From a virus: DNA of 64,000 nucleotides. Both the position numbers and the translations under genes were made by a program. The notes beneath the pieces were generated by a model. That model was given only the letters and a program-made list of their open reading frames with translations. It did not search any database and was not told where the DNA came from. The stretch is from IMG/VR virus record IMGVR_UViG_3300029690_000340; one strand, written 5' to 3'. Positions 30,708 to 40,382 of the stretch are shown here, in pieces (position 1 is the first letter of the stretch; every line of letters begins with the position of its first letter).

Positions 30708-31101
30708 AATCCCTGAACCAACCTGTACCAAACGGGCGTCCATTCACCCAGGTATGCCAGTAGATATCGTACTCAAAGCAGACCAGCCGACAGGTAAACT
30801 CACACGCGGCGTCGTGAAGCGGATTCTCACCAACAGTCCAACACATCCACGCGGTATTAAGGTCATGCTGGAGGATGGGCAAGTCGGACGGGTCCAGCGC
30901 TTTGCCGGTCCGCAGGAATGCCGCAAGTGTAAAAACCGCATCGTTCTCCACGCTTTCTCAGACGGCTTTTGTCAGGTCTGCGGCAGGCATATCACCTGCG
31001 CTGATACTCCGGCTGATGTCCTCTGTGGATACTGCGCTACCATGTCGAACCGTTGTGTGCATTGCGGAGCAGCCTTAGAGCCGGAAGACTCTATTGAGTG
31101 A
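30697..31101 (+). CDS. YwbE-family (DUF2196) protein fused to C-terminal Cys-rich zinc-ribbon-like tail
   Basis: GVVKRILTNSPTHPRGIKVMLEDGQVGRVQRF matches the YwbE family core. Tail has CxxC x3 (CRKCKN...CQVCG...CGYC...CVHCG). Overlaps the NERD gene end by 11 nt. Confidence 0.6.
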   Translation: MTNKIPEPTCTKRASIHPGMPVDIVLKADQPTGKLTRGVVKRILTNSPTHPRGIKVMLEDGQVGRVQRFAGPQECRKCKNRIVLHAFSDGFCQVCGRHITCADTPADVLCGYCATMSNRCVHCGAALEPEDSIE

Positions 31102-31193
31102 GACGTGCAAAAGGCCGCACATGATTGAAGTTATATGGTTTGGGCAGACAGGTGGGACGTGTTCAGCGTCTCACCTGTCTGCCTCTACGCTAA

Positions 31194-31222
31194 ATTGACT
31201 CGTGAGGTGTTATGTGGTATAA
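31194..31222 (+). promoter_or_regulatory. conserved promoter (TTGACT-N17-TGGTATAAT)
   Basis: Same family as 19792, 33496, 38073, 47394. Drives flotillin. Confidence 0.55.
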
Positions 31223-31256
31223 TATATTTACAAAATAAAACTGGAGGTAATAAATA

Positions 31257-32750
31257 ATGGAAAATCTCGTGAAGCTGCTGCCTGTAATTGCAGTAGTGGC
31301 CCTTGTGGTGATTATCTTTCTTCTTGGCTATGTAAAGGCTCCGCCCGATGTGGCCTACATCATTTCCGGTATACGAAAAAGGCCCCGCGTTCTGATTGGG
31401 CGAGCGGGTATCCGAATTCCGTTTCTGGAGCGTGTAGATAAGCTCATTGTCCGGCAAATCTCCATCGACATCAAGTCGGAAGGCTATATCCCGACCAACG
31501 ACTTCATCGGCGTCGATGTGGACGCGGTTGCCAAGGTCAGAGTCAAGACGGACCCGGAAGGCATCCAGCTCGCCATGAAGAACTTTCTGAATATGCGAGA
31601 AGCGGATTTCAGCTGCGCCATCGCGGATTCTCTCCAGGGCAATATGCGCGAAATCATCGGCACCATCTCTCTCAAGGAAATCTGCAATGACCGAAAGAAA
31701 TTCGGTGACGAGGTACAGTCAAAAGCACAAACAGATATGAGTGCGCTCGGTATCGAAATCATCTCCTGCAATATTCAGCGTGTCACGGACGAAAACAGCT
31801 TAATCAACTCCCTCGGTCAGGACAATATGAGCAAAATCCAGAAGGATGCTGCCATCGCCAAAGCTGAGGCGGAGCGTGACGTGGCTATCGCTCAGGCGCA
31901 GGCGGCCAAGGCGTCTAACGATGCCAAAGTCGAGTCCGAAATGCAAATCGCTCAGAAGCTGAATGACCTCTCCATCCGCAAAGCTGAACTCAAGGTTCAG
32001 GAGGATACGAAGAAGGCCGAAGCCGATGCCGCGTATACCATCCAGCAGCAGGAACAGCAGCGCTCCATTGAGACGGCTACCGTCAATGCGCAAATCGCCA
32101 AGGCGGAACGCGAAGCGGAGCTGAAAAACAAAGAGGTCGAAGTTAAGAAGCAGTCTCTGGATGCGGAGGTCCGCGCACAGGCGGATGCCGACCTCTACCG
32201 ACGTCAGAAGGACGCGGAGGCGCAGCTTTTCGAGCGCCAACGTGAGGCGGATGCAAAGAGAGCGGAAGCCGACGCCGTAAAGTACGCCCGCGAGCAGGAA
32301 GCTGCTGGTATTGCCGCCGTCGGTGAGGCGGAAGCCAATGTCATTCGTGCCAAGGCCGTTGCTGAAGCAGAAGGTATCGACAAGAAGGCAGAAGCTATGA
32401 AGAAATACGGCGACGCGGCCATCGTTGAGATGATTATGAACGCTTTGCCGGAAATCGCCAAGAATGTCGCTGAACCTCTCAGCAAGGTGGATAAAATCAC
32501 GATGTACGGCGAAGGCAACAGCGCGAAGCTGCTGGGTGACATCATCAACGGCACCACACAGGTCACAGAGGGCCTTTCTTCCGGAATGGGGTTGGATATT
32601 AAGTCTCTTATTGCCGGAGCCATCGGCGGCAAGCTCACGGCCCAGCAGACCTCTCCTGTCATCGTCATGGACAAGCCGGACAATACGGCAGCTCCCACAC
32701 AGCCGCAGGAACCGCCTGCCAAGAATGACGCGGACGGCAAGGCTGAATAA
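31257..32750 (+). CDS. flotillin-family (SPFH/Band-7, YuaG/FloT-like) protein
   Basis: N-terminal TM helix. SPFH domain (GIRKRPRVLIGRAGIRIPFLERVDKLIVRQISIDIKSE...). Long Ala/Glu/Lys coiled-coil flotillin repeats. Confidence 0.8.
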   Translation: MENLVKLLPVIAVVALVVIIFLLGYVKAPPDVAYIISGIRKRPRVLIGRAGIRIPFLERVDKLIVRQISIDIKSEGYIPTNDFIGVDVDAVAKVRVKTDPEGIQLAMKNFLNMREADFSCAIADSLQGNMREIIGTISLKEICNDRKKFGDEVQSKAQTDMSALGIEIISCNIQRVTDENSLINSLGQDNMSKIQKDAAIAKAEAERDVAIAQAQAAKASNDAKVESEMQIAQKLNDLSIRKAELKVQEDTKKAEADAAYTIQQQEQQRSIETATVNAQIAKAEREAELKNKEVEVKKQSLDAEVRAQADADLYRRQKDAEAQLFERQREADAKRAEADAVKYAREQEAAGIAAVGEAEANVIRAKAVAEAEGIDKKAEAMKKYGDAAIVEMIMNALPEIAKNVAEPLSKVDKITMYGEGNSAKLLGDIINGTTQVTEGLSSGMGLDIKSLIAGAIGGKLTAQQTSPVIVMDKPDNTAAPTQPQEPPAKNDADGKAE

Positions 32751-32789
32751 TACATAGCTGACTGCGGCAGACCCTTCCAAACAGAACAC

Positions 32790-32822
32790 ATCACTCCCTC
32801 GACAACGGGGGAGTGATTTTTT
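32790..32822 (+). terminator. rho-independent terminator
   Basis: ATCACTCCCTCGACAACGGGGGAGTGAT hairpin + TTTTTT. Confidence 0.6.
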
Positions 32823-32923
32823 ACACATTTTGGATATTGCGCTTGACAAGCCAGAATGCCGGTGCTATATTGAAAAATACTTAGATTGCGCACTACGAAT
32901 TATTAAGGGTGGTTGAAATAAGT

Positions 32924-33463
32924 ATGATTGAACACGAGCAGAACCGCATCCGAAAGCAGCGTCAGGATTTTAAGCTGTCCCAGCGTGAATTTGCACTTAC
33001 CACCGGAATTCCTCTGGGAACAGTCCGAAACTGGGAGCAGGAGAAATGCAGCCCGCCGGAGTATCTCTATGGGATGCTGTACGAATTACTGAGGAGGAAC
33101 TCTATGTTGAATGTAAAAACGCTGAAGGTCGTAGCTTTGCTTAACGAACTTGCGGAGAAAGAAAAGAACGGTATTAGGGAATTCAAAAACGCCGACGAAG
33201 ACAACAGAGAGACTTTCCTTTTCTACGATGCCGCGTGCTGTACGCGGCGGAAGGATGGAGCGTTGCTCTACAAGGTGCCGCGCGATATGTGCATCATCGA
33301 CGAGAAAGCGAATAAGCATCACGATATCATCTCCTACTATGGAGACGACGACTACGATGTGGTGGTCGTAGATAATGGCGAAGGAGAGCTTTTTTTGGAG
33401 GTGCATTTCGCCGCCGAGGAAGAGTTCGTTGAATTCAGCAATGGGGAGTGGTACTTCGCGTGA
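32924..33463 (+). CDS. HTH (XRE-family) transcriptional regulator with C-terminal domain of unknown function
   Basis: N-terminal LSQREFALTTGIPLGTVRNWEQEK helix-turn-helix. ATG at 32924 after AAGGGTGG. Confidence 0.55.
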   Translation: MIEHEQNRIRKQRQDFKLSQREFALTTGIPLGTVRNWEQEKCSPPEYLYGMLYELLRRNSMLNVKTLKVVALLNELAEKEKNGIREFKNADEDNRETFLFYDAACCTRRKDGALLYKVPRDMCIIDEKANKHHDIISYYGDDDYDVVVVDNGEGELFLEVHFAAEEEFVEFSNGEWYFA

Positions 33464-33495
33464 ATCACGCGAAGGCCGTTTCCATACGCATTAAA

Positions 33496-33524
33496 TTGAC
33501 TTTTAAGCTAATGTGTGGTATAAT
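33496..33524 (+). promoter_or_regulatory. conserved promoter (TTGACT-N17-TGGTATAAT)
   Basis: TTGACTTTTAAGCTAATGTGTGGTATAAT. Confidence 0.55.
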
Positions 33525-33559
33525 ATAAGCATAAAGTAAACGGAGGATGTGATTTTCCA

Positions 33560-34240
33560 GTGATATGGAGCGATGTAATCCCACAGGATGTACAGGCGCT
33601 TGGAGCTGAGCTTGCCAAGCGGGCTGCCTGTGAGCGCGAAGCGGGTCGCACAATATACCCGCCGCAGGAGCAGATATTCCGTGCGTTGGAGCTTACCACG
33701 CCGGAGAAGGTGAAGGTATGCCTTGTCGGGCAAGACCCATATCACGAGGCGGGGCAGGCGAACGGGCTGTGCTTTTCAGTAAACCGTGGTGTGCTTTTCC
33801 CACCGTCGCTCAAAAACGTCTTCAAGGAACTGGTCAGTGACATTGGTTGTCCGTATCCGAAAAGTGGAGACCTGACTCACTGGGCGGAACAAGGCGTGCT
33901 CATGCTCAATACCGTACTTACAGTACAGGATGGGACCGCAAACAGCCATAGAAACTGGGGGTGGCAGAATTTCACGCAGGCGGTATTCGCGGCGTGTGCG
34001 AAGCTGCCGCAGCCGATTGTGTTCATCACATGGGGCGGACAGGCAAGAGCCTTTCTTGCCGGAATTCCAATTTCACAACTGCCTGATAAGGGTGTGGTAT
34101 TTTCAAGTCATCCAAGTCCCCTTGGGGCGCGAAAAGGAAACGATGTAGTAAAAGCATTCATCGGCAGCAGACCTTTTTCTCAAACTAACAGATTGTTGGA
34201 ACAGATGGGAAGCACACCAATTCACTGGGAGCTTCCATAG
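33560..34240 (+). CDS. ung: uracil-DNA glycosylase, family 1
   Basis: Catalytic water-activating loop GQDPYH (LVGQDPYHEAGQANGLCFSV). C-terminal HPSPLGA motif. Confidence 0.85.
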   Translation: MIWSDVIPQDVQALGAELAKRAACEREAGRTIYPPQEQIFRALELTTPEKVKVCLVGQDPYHEAGQANGLCFSVNRGVLFPPSLKNVFKELVSDIGCPYPKSGDLTHWAEQGVLMLNTVLTVQDGTANSHRNWGWQNFTQAVFAACAKLPQPIVFITWGGQARAFLAGIPISQLPDKGVVFSSHPSPLGARKGNDVVKAFIGSRPFSQTNRLLEQMGSTPIHWELP

Positions 34241-34260
34241 CCGGACAGGAGGATATCATT

Positions 34261-34791
34261 TTGAACTTTCCGATTATCATGTCCCTTTGGCTTATGCGGC
34301 AGAGGCTTGATGACGATACAGATACGGACATGACAAACGCCAGCGCACTCGAATCAGCTGCATTTGCGCTTTGCTGTATTGTCGCGGCCGCGATTTTGTG
34401 CGTTGCATCGGCCTGCGCGTGGGATTTACTTTCAGACTTTTACTTTTTTCTGAATGATTCTATGGCACTTCTTGCGGCGTATATTATCTTTCTCTTTGTT
34501 TCCGTTATTGGAAGCATTGTCTTCGGCGTTTGCGCGGTTTGTGAACTCGTGCATCTCTACCGAGTGCAAACCCCTGAGAGGAAGGTAATTGTGCAGAGGG
34601 CTTTATTTCTGCTTTCGGCTACAGCTGCACTCGTTTGCATTACAGCTTCTAACAGCAAAGAATCAAACAAAACGGAACCAGACACTCTCACGTTTCAGGC
34701 AGGAGCGCCAATTATTATTTCGAGTGAGGGAGCCTATTCCGTCATTGAGTGCTCAGACGGAGAAATCATCATAAGAAAAGTGGCTGATTAA
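34261..34791 (+). CDS. hypothetical membrane protein
   Basis: TTG start after ACAGGAGGA. Three to four TM helices. Confidence 0.35.
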   Translation: MNFPIIMSLWLMRQRLDDDTDTDMTNASALESAAFALCCIVAAAILCVASACAWDLLSDFYFFLNDSMALLAAYIIFLFVSVIGSIVFGVCAVCELVHLYRVQTPERKVIVQRALFLLSATAALVCITASNSKESNKTEPDTLTFQAGAPIIISSEGAYSVIECSDGEIIIRKVAD

Positions 34792-34817
34792 CTTTCCGCG
34801 AAGAGGAGGACGATACT

Positions 34818-35261
34818 ATGCAGGACAAACTCTGGCTCTCTACCATTAGTGTCGGGCGCGAACTCGTGCTCATGCCGTATGGCAATTTTGCAAGGACCGC
34901 TGGCGGCAGAACGCCAATCACAAGAACCGTTACAAAAGTCGGCAAGAAGTATTTCTACATCGGCAACGACGCCTTCAGCCGCAAGACTGGTGAATACATC
35001 GACCGGAATGAATGCAATGGCGGCTATGTGCTCTATCCGGATATTGCAGCCTATGAGGAAGCGGTTCGCACCGCAGACGAGCGCTCTGCCATCAGGAAAA
35101 TCGTCGATGCGGATTTTTACGGATATGACCCGTTCAGTTGCTGGCGAACATACACTGTCTCGGATGCGGCTGTCCATGAGATATACCGCATTCTGGTTGA
35201 GTGCGGTGCTATCAAAACCAGTACGGAGGAGGAAAAGCCTGATGGCAAAAGCGCAGAATAG
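34818..35261 (+). CDS. hypothetical protein
   Basis: Strong RBS AGAGGAGGA. Confidence 0.35.
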   Translation: MQDKLWLSTISVGRELVLMPYGNFARTAGGRTPITRTVTKVGKKYFYIGNDAFSRKTGEYIDRNECNGGYVLYPDIAAYEEAVRTADERSAIRKIVDADFYGYDPFSCWRTYTVSDAAVHEIYRILVECGAIKTSTEEEKPDGKSAE

Positions 35262-35454
35262 TCTTCCTCCGGAGGAGACACGATACCCTGGTGTGTCCAT
35301 CACCGCACGGGACGGAGCACACTACGCCATCACACAGAGGCGTGACGATGGCCATACACCAACCTTCACGCTCTGGAGCGTTAGCGAGGACGGCGGCTAC
35401 GCCAAACTCAAAAGCAGCACAGACTACGACGCCTTGGGTAGTCTGATTTTCTGA
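35242..35454 (+). CDS. small hypothetical protein (70 aa)
   Basis: ATG after GAGGAGGAAAAG inside the end of the previous gene. In frame with listed ORF 34849..35454. Confidence 0.3.
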   Translation: MAKAQNSLPPEETRYPGVSITARDGAHYAITQRRDDGHTPTFTLWSVSEDGGYAKLKSSTDYDALGSLIF

Positions 35455-35474
35455 AGCACAGGGAGGGACCGACA

Positions 35475-37706
35475 ATGCAGGAACCTATTTACAACAACGG
35501 CACCGTAAAGGTGGCGAAGGAGGGCGTGAGCGCCTATTTGGCGTGGTATCGCACCCTCTCCATGGCTGACGCAAAAGAGATTTCCGACGTCTGTTCAAGA
35601 CTGACGAAAGAGGCGGCAAAGAACGCGGGCGTTGACCTCTACGATATTGGCCGCAACACCTTCAGCTTTTTCGGCCATCAGACGGAAGAGAATTGGGAGA
35701 AGCAGAGAGCATCGGTTTCCGAAAAAATGCTTCAGTTCTTCCACTTCGCGGAGGAGTTTGAACAGCCTATCCGCGCAGCTCTCTGGTCGAAGGAAGCAGC
35801 GTTTTTATACATCGGCAATCCGCAGAAGGGCATCATTGTCATGGAGCCTGAGAAGTACATGACCTATACGCCGGACAGAGACTACTCCGACCTGACGCCT
35901 GCACAGGCGATGGCGGAGCTTGGCTCGGCGGCCGTCTGCGATATGAGCATCATTCCGGTGGGTGCGGGAACCGCGCTGTCTCAGAAAACGGTCAAGGAAC
36001 AGCTTAGCACTCACCAGACCGAAATCGAGAAGCTGAAAAGTGAGATGAAGGATGTCGAAGGCGCAAAGACCGGCGAACTTGCAGAACTGACAGCGCAAAT
36101 TGAGGCCCTCAAGCAGGAGCTTTGGCAGAAGAAAGATAAGCTCATGGCGGAACTGAACCGCAAAATGGAGGAGATGGAAGAGAAAAAGGAACAGCTGGAG
36201 GGACAAATCTACCTGCTGGACTCCCAAATCTATGCCATCCGCTGTTATGCCGGAGAAGTCGTCAATTTCACCCGCATCCGCTCCGGCAAGAACGCGCCGG
36301 ACACGGAGCCTATCGTCGTGCATCAGAAACTTCGCTTCCTCGACGAGGATTTAGGGAGGCTCGCGTCCCTGTATGAAATTCAGTGGAATGAGCTGGATAT
36401 GTTTGAGAGCTTCCTCAAGCACTCTCCATACGCGCTGGACACCTTCGCACCGAACGAACGCTGCATCATGCTCGTGCGCCTCAGCCGCACCGGAAAATCC
36501 ATCGGACGCGCAATGGACAATGAGGGCAGACCGTACCACAATATGCTCGACCGCTACGACTACTACCACGGCAAGACCGTTGGCATTATCATCCGAAACG
36601 GTGAAAATCTCTACCTTGGCTGGACGGATGAAAACCGCGTCCATATCAGTGACGACCTGATTCTCACCAGAGCGCAGGTCGTTACAGAGACCGTGCCGGA
36701 GGAGCCGAAGGAATTCATCTTTGAGTCAGAGCGTAAACGGTATGTGAAAGAGCAGAGAGAACAGCGCAAGCGAATTCTGGACGGCCTTGTATCCCGCACC
36801 TTCGTCTACAACATCCTGCAAGGCGTCGTGGACCACTCCGCGCTGCTCCCGCTGCCGAAGGGCGTTACGCTTGCCAAACAGTCGGAGTATGTCATCTTCT
36901 CCGTTGCGGATAAGTGGATTTCAGACAATAAGTACGGCTCCTTTACGGATATCATCGCACGCTGCAATCAGAAGGTTCAGCAGGGCGACGTACTGCTCAC
37001 GACCCAGCATCTTGTCCCTGAAACGGACAGACCCGCTTTCTATCCACGGGCATGGGAGAATGTGCGTGGACGCGGCGAGCGCAATCGCACGCATGACTGC
37101 TCTGTGGATGATTGTACGCTATATAAAGCGAATCTGGTCGAATATGACCCGCCGATTGAGATGGTGGAATTCCAGCGCCGTTCCTGCCAGGGCTGGATGG
37201 ATGGTCCCTTCAAGGCGAAAGCGAAGTATTTCGACGAAAAAGAAGGGGACGTCATTCTCCGGCACTATCAGACAGAGCCTGAGCGCCATGTGTTTGTGTC
37301 CGCTGAAAAGAGCGGCGAATGGAATTGGAACCGTACAAGCGCCGCAAATGCCCGTGCGAACTTCGAGCTATACGATGGCGAGTATATCAACCTGACTTAC
37401 CTCAATTCGGTCTGGCTGGAATATGTGGTCACAAACAAGTCTCTCGGCGACTGGCGCATCGGCGGCATTGCCGTGGACTATGCCTACGCCATCCGCTATC
37501 TCAAGACAGCATTGGATTTCATCCGAAAAAGGGAAGCGAAGGAAAAAATGCTTCTGGACGCCGTGGACACCAGTATCTGCCAGGACGCGGAATGGCCGGT
37601 AAAGCTGTCCGAGTGGAAGTTACGCGCCGGTGTCCGAACCATTACGGAATACCAGGCCAAACGCTTCGCGGCGGCGCTTGGAAAGGAGGCGCAGGCCCAT
37701 GGTTAA
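35475..37706 (+). CDS. large hypothetical protein with central coiled coil
   Basis: 743 aa. RBS GGGAGGGA. Coiled-coil segment EIEKLKSEMKDVEGAKTGELAELTAQIEALKQELWQKKDKLMAELNRKMEEMEEKKEQLEGQ. Confidence 0.4.
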   Translation: MQEPIYNNGTVKVAKEGVSAYLAWYRTLSMADAKEISDVCSRLTKEAAKNAGVDLYDIGRNTFSFFGHQTEENWEKQRASVSEKMLQFFHFAEEFEQPIRAALWSKEAAFLYIGNPQKGIIVMEPEKYMTYTPDRDYSDLTPAQAMAELGSAAVCDMSIIPVGAGTALSQKTVKEQLSTHQTEIEKLKSEMKDVEGAKTGELAELTAQIEALKQELWQKKDKLMAELNRKMEEMEEKKEQLEGQIYLLDSQIYAIRCYAGEVVNFTRIRSGKNAPDTEPIVVHQKLRFLDEDLGRLASLYEIQWNELDMFESFLKHSPYALDTFAPNERCIMLVRLSRTGKSIGRAMDNEGRPYHNMLDRYDYYHGKTVGIIIRNGENLYLGWTDENRVHISDDLILTRAQVVTETVPEEPKEFIFESERKRYVKEQREQRKRILDGLVSRTFVYNILQGVVDHSALLPLPKGVTLAKQSEYVIFSVADKWISDNKYGSFTDIIARCNQKVQQGDVLLTTQHLVPETDRPAFYPRAWENVRGRGERNRTHDCSVDDCTLYKANLVEYDPPIEMVEFQRRSCQGWMDGPFKAKAKYFDEKEGDVILRHYQTEPERHVFVSAEKSGEWNWNRTSAANARANFELYDGEYINLTYLNSVWLEYVVTNKSLGDWRIGGIAVDYAYAIRYLKTALDFIRKREAKEKMLLDAVDTSICQDAEWPVKLSEWKLRAGVRTITEYQAKRFAAALGKEAQAHG

Positions 37707-37896
37707 TTCTCCTTGTCTCGACTGCCCAGACCGCACTCCCGGATGCCATAAGCCGGAGGCTTGTTCTGCATGGGCGGAGTTTCAGAAGGCGCTGACGGCG
37801 GAAAAGAATATGATTGACGAGGCTCAGAAACCGCTTAAAGCATTCGACGAATACCAAATTGCACGACGCAAGCGGCATCATCATTCGCAGCGGTAA
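37699..37896 (+). CDS. small Cys-rich (zinc-ribbon-like) protein, 65 aa
   Basis: ATG 9 nt after GAAAGGAGG. CLDCP...C...C motif. Overlaps the stop of the previous gene. Confidence 0.3.
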   Translation: MVNSPCLDCPDRTPGCHKPEACSAWAEFQKALTAEKNMIDEAQKPLKAFDEYQIARRKRHHHSQR

Positions 37897-38072
37897 CTAT
37901 TTGCACACAAAATTCTATGTGATATACTGTGTTTGAAAACCCAAAGCTACCAGCCTGTCACAGACGACAATATGTACGCAGAGCCTGTCAGCGGCTATAT
38001 TGAGAAGCAGTAGACGTCAGCCAGCAAGCCAAGCGCTCCTTGTCTTGGGGCGCTTAGCTTTTCTGAAACGAA

Positions 38073-38101
38073 TTGACAATCAAGCTAATGTGTGGTATAA
38101 T
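38073..38101 (+). promoter_or_regulatory. conserved promoter (TTGACA-N17-TGGTATAAT)
   Basis: TTGACAATCAAGCTAATGTGTGGTATAAT. Shows that the listed ORF start at 38000 is upstream of the real transcription start. Confidence 0.55.
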
Positions 38102-38131
38102 GTAAATATAAAAGTTCGGGGGTGCGCTGCA

Positions 38132-40000
38132 TTGGATTACCACACTTTTTGCCAAAAATTCAATATTTGCGGACTCAACGAACAGCAGGAAGCCGCTGTC
38201 CGGCGCGTGAATGGAGCAACGCTGCTCCTTGCTGTGCCGGGAAGCGGAAAAACTACGGTCATCGTAGCGAGAACCGGCTATCTCATGTATGTCGCAGGCG
38301 TAAAGCCGGAGAATATCCTGACCATCACTTATACCCGCGCTGCGGCAAAGGAAATGAAGGAGCGTTTCATAAAGAAGTTTGCCCCGGAACGGATACCGGC
38401 ATTCTCCACTATCAACAGCTTCTGCCTGTCCGTCATCAATACCTGTGCGAAAGAGAAGTACATTCATGTACCAAAGCTGGTGCCGAACAACGAGAGCATC
38501 GTCCGTGCTATTGCGGCTAAGATGCTTCCGGAGTATCCCAGTGATTCACAGGTGCGGTCTCTCGCGCAGAAGGTGTGCAAAGTAAAAAACAAGCTCATGA
38601 CCTTTCAGGAAATTGAGGCCATCGAAGAAAACAGCCTTGATTTTTCTGCTTTTTACCAGGCGTACAAGCTCTACATGAGCGAGCATGATTTGATGGATTT
38701 TGATGACCAGCTTCTCATGGCAAATGATTTGCTGGATGAATACCCGGACATCTTACAGCGGGCGCATGAGAAGTTCCGCTATGTGAGTGTGGACGAGGCG
38801 CAGGACACCTCGTATGTCCAGCACCTTATCGTCCAGAAGCTGGTTGGGCGGAATGGCAATATCTTCATGGTCGGAGACGAAGACCAGAGCATCTACGGCT
38901 TCCGAGGCGCGTATCCTGCCGCACTGCTGGACTTCCAGAGCAACTATAACGAACCCTGTATCCTGCGTATGGAGACCAATTACCGCAGCGACAGGAACAT
39001 CGTCTCAGCGGCCAATCAGTTCATCAAACTGAATACGAGACGACTCGACAAGAATATGCGTGCCCAGTCCCAAAAGGACGGAGCCATCGTCGTGACCTGC
39101 ATCGACCGCATGGAACAGCAGGCGGAGCTTCTGCTGGAGCGCATCCGGAATCAGAAGCCGGATGAATCCCTGGCAATTCTGTATCGGAATAACGACTCTG
39201 CCATCCCTCTTATCAATCTGCTCCAGATGAACGGCATTCAGGTTCAAACCAGAGATGCGACGGGGACCTTCATGACGAACTACGTCATTCGGGACCTGCT
39301 CGACTTTATGCTTCTGGCCCTGAACCCTGCTGACACCACCGCTTTTGGGCATCTGTACTACAAAATGGGCCTTTACATGAAGGGCGTCACCGCCAAGCGC
39401 ATTATCGAGGCGGTTGAAGAAGGGGAGTGCCGGAACGTATTCAGCGCCGCGATGAAATTTGCAGGCGGCAAGGGATACGCATGGAAAATAGAATGCCTGC
39501 CGAGGGACTTTTCCGACCTTGCGAAGAAGAAGCCTGCTGAGGCTATCGACTACATTCTGTTCATGCTCGACTATTGGAGCAACTGGCTGACGAAGAAAAT
39601 TGACGCCGGTGCTTCCGAGCAGTTTATCAGTCTGCGTATCAGCATTTTGAAAATGGTAGCGGAGAAGTATTCGACCATTCCGGACTTCCTCGCCGCACTC
39701 AAAAACATCACGGAATATAAGGGCTGCGAGGATTCCAATGTGACCGTTACCACCATCCATTCCAGTAAAGGTCTGGAGTTCGATAAGGTCATCTTAATCG
39801 ACATGGTATCTGGCATCATTCCCGGTGACAGCGATGACCGCGACGCGGAGGATGACGAAGAGGATGCGCGAGCGTTCTACGTCGGAGCGACGCGGGCACG
39901 GCATGAGCTGGAAATCATCACCTGCCGGAAGATGTACCAAGAAAAGCTGGAAGTATCTGAATTTGTGCCGCGCCTGCTGGCGGCGGGGAAAGGAGACTGA
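38132..40000 (+). CDS. UvrD/PcrA/Rep-family superfamily-1 DNA helicase
   Basis: Likely TTG start at 38132 downstream of the promoter. Walker A AVPGSGKTTVIVARTGYLM. Motif II FRYVSVDEAQDTSYVQ. Motif VI-like VGATRARHELEI near the C-terminus. Confidence 0.75.
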   Translation: MDYHTFCQKFNICGLNEQQEAAVRRVNGATLLLAVPGSGKTTVIVARTGYLMYVAGVKPENILTITYTRAAAKEMKERFIKKFAPERIPAFSTINSFCLSVINTCAKEKYIHVPKLVPNNESIVRAIAAKMLPEYPSDSQVRSLAQKVCKVKNKLMTFQEIEAIEENSLDFSAFYQAYKLYMSEHDLMDFDDQLLMANDLLDEYPDILQRAHEKFRYVSVDEAQDTSYVQHLIVQKLVGRNGNIFMVGDEDQSIYGFRGAYPAALLDFQSNYNEPCILRMETNYRSDRNIVSAANQFIKLNTRRLDKNMRAQSQKDGAIVVTCIDRMEQQAELLLERIRNQKPDESLAILYRNNDSAIPLINLLQMNGIQVQTRDATGTFMTNYVIRDLLDFMLLALNPADTTAFGHLYYKMGLYMKGVTAKRIIEAVEEGECRNVFSAAMKFAGGKGYAWKIECLPRDFSDLAKKKPAEAIDYILFMLDYWSNWLTKKIDAGASEQFISLRISILKMVAEKYSTIPDFLAALKNITEYKGCEDSNVTVTTIHSSKGLEFDKVILIDMVSGIIPGDSDDRDAEDDEEDARAFYVGATRARHELEIITCRKMYQEKLEVSEFVPRLLAAGKGD

Positions 40001-40002
40001 AA

Positions 40003-40374
40003 ATGCCGGATGCAAAGAGCAGCACGGTCGTAGTGCAGCGCGGCGTCTACACGGTGGCCAGAAAAACTGTGGACACGGAGGGCAACACCATCCGGGAAAC
40101 ACCGCCGCAATGGCGGGAAGACATCACCGGCGGCTCTGTTATCGTCTGTCCCATCAATTCGGAGACAGACGAACCGCTGTGCGACGCGGAATTGTTTTCC
40201 GCCCTATCACAGGATGTGCTTCTCGACAGTCTCGGAAAGGCGCTGGGCTTCCACTGGCCGAACTTCGCCGCCATCTTTGAGAAGATGCGGGAAAGCGAGG
40301 TGGATTTCTGCCAGTTCTGCGGCGAGGACCTGCAAAAGTGTATGCTTTGCCCCTTCAATTCCTACAACAATTAG
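40003..40374 (+). CDS. hypothetical protein
   Basis: ATG 2 nt after the helicase stop. C-terminal CQFCGEDLQKCMLCP cysteine cluster. Confidence 0.35.
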   Translation: MPDAKSSTVVVQRGVYTVARKTVDTEGNTIRETPPQWREDITGGSVIVCPINSETDEPLCDAELFSALSQDVLLDSLGKALGFHWPNFAAIFEKMRESEVDFCQFCGEDLQKCMLCPFNSYNN

Positions 40375-40382
40375 TCTGCACT

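Noticed and set aside
38000-38131. Listed ORF start at 38000 for the helicase
   Set aside because: Lies upstream of the conserved promoter at 38073-38101. Translation more plausibly begins at TTG 38132 just before the helicase N-terminal consensus.
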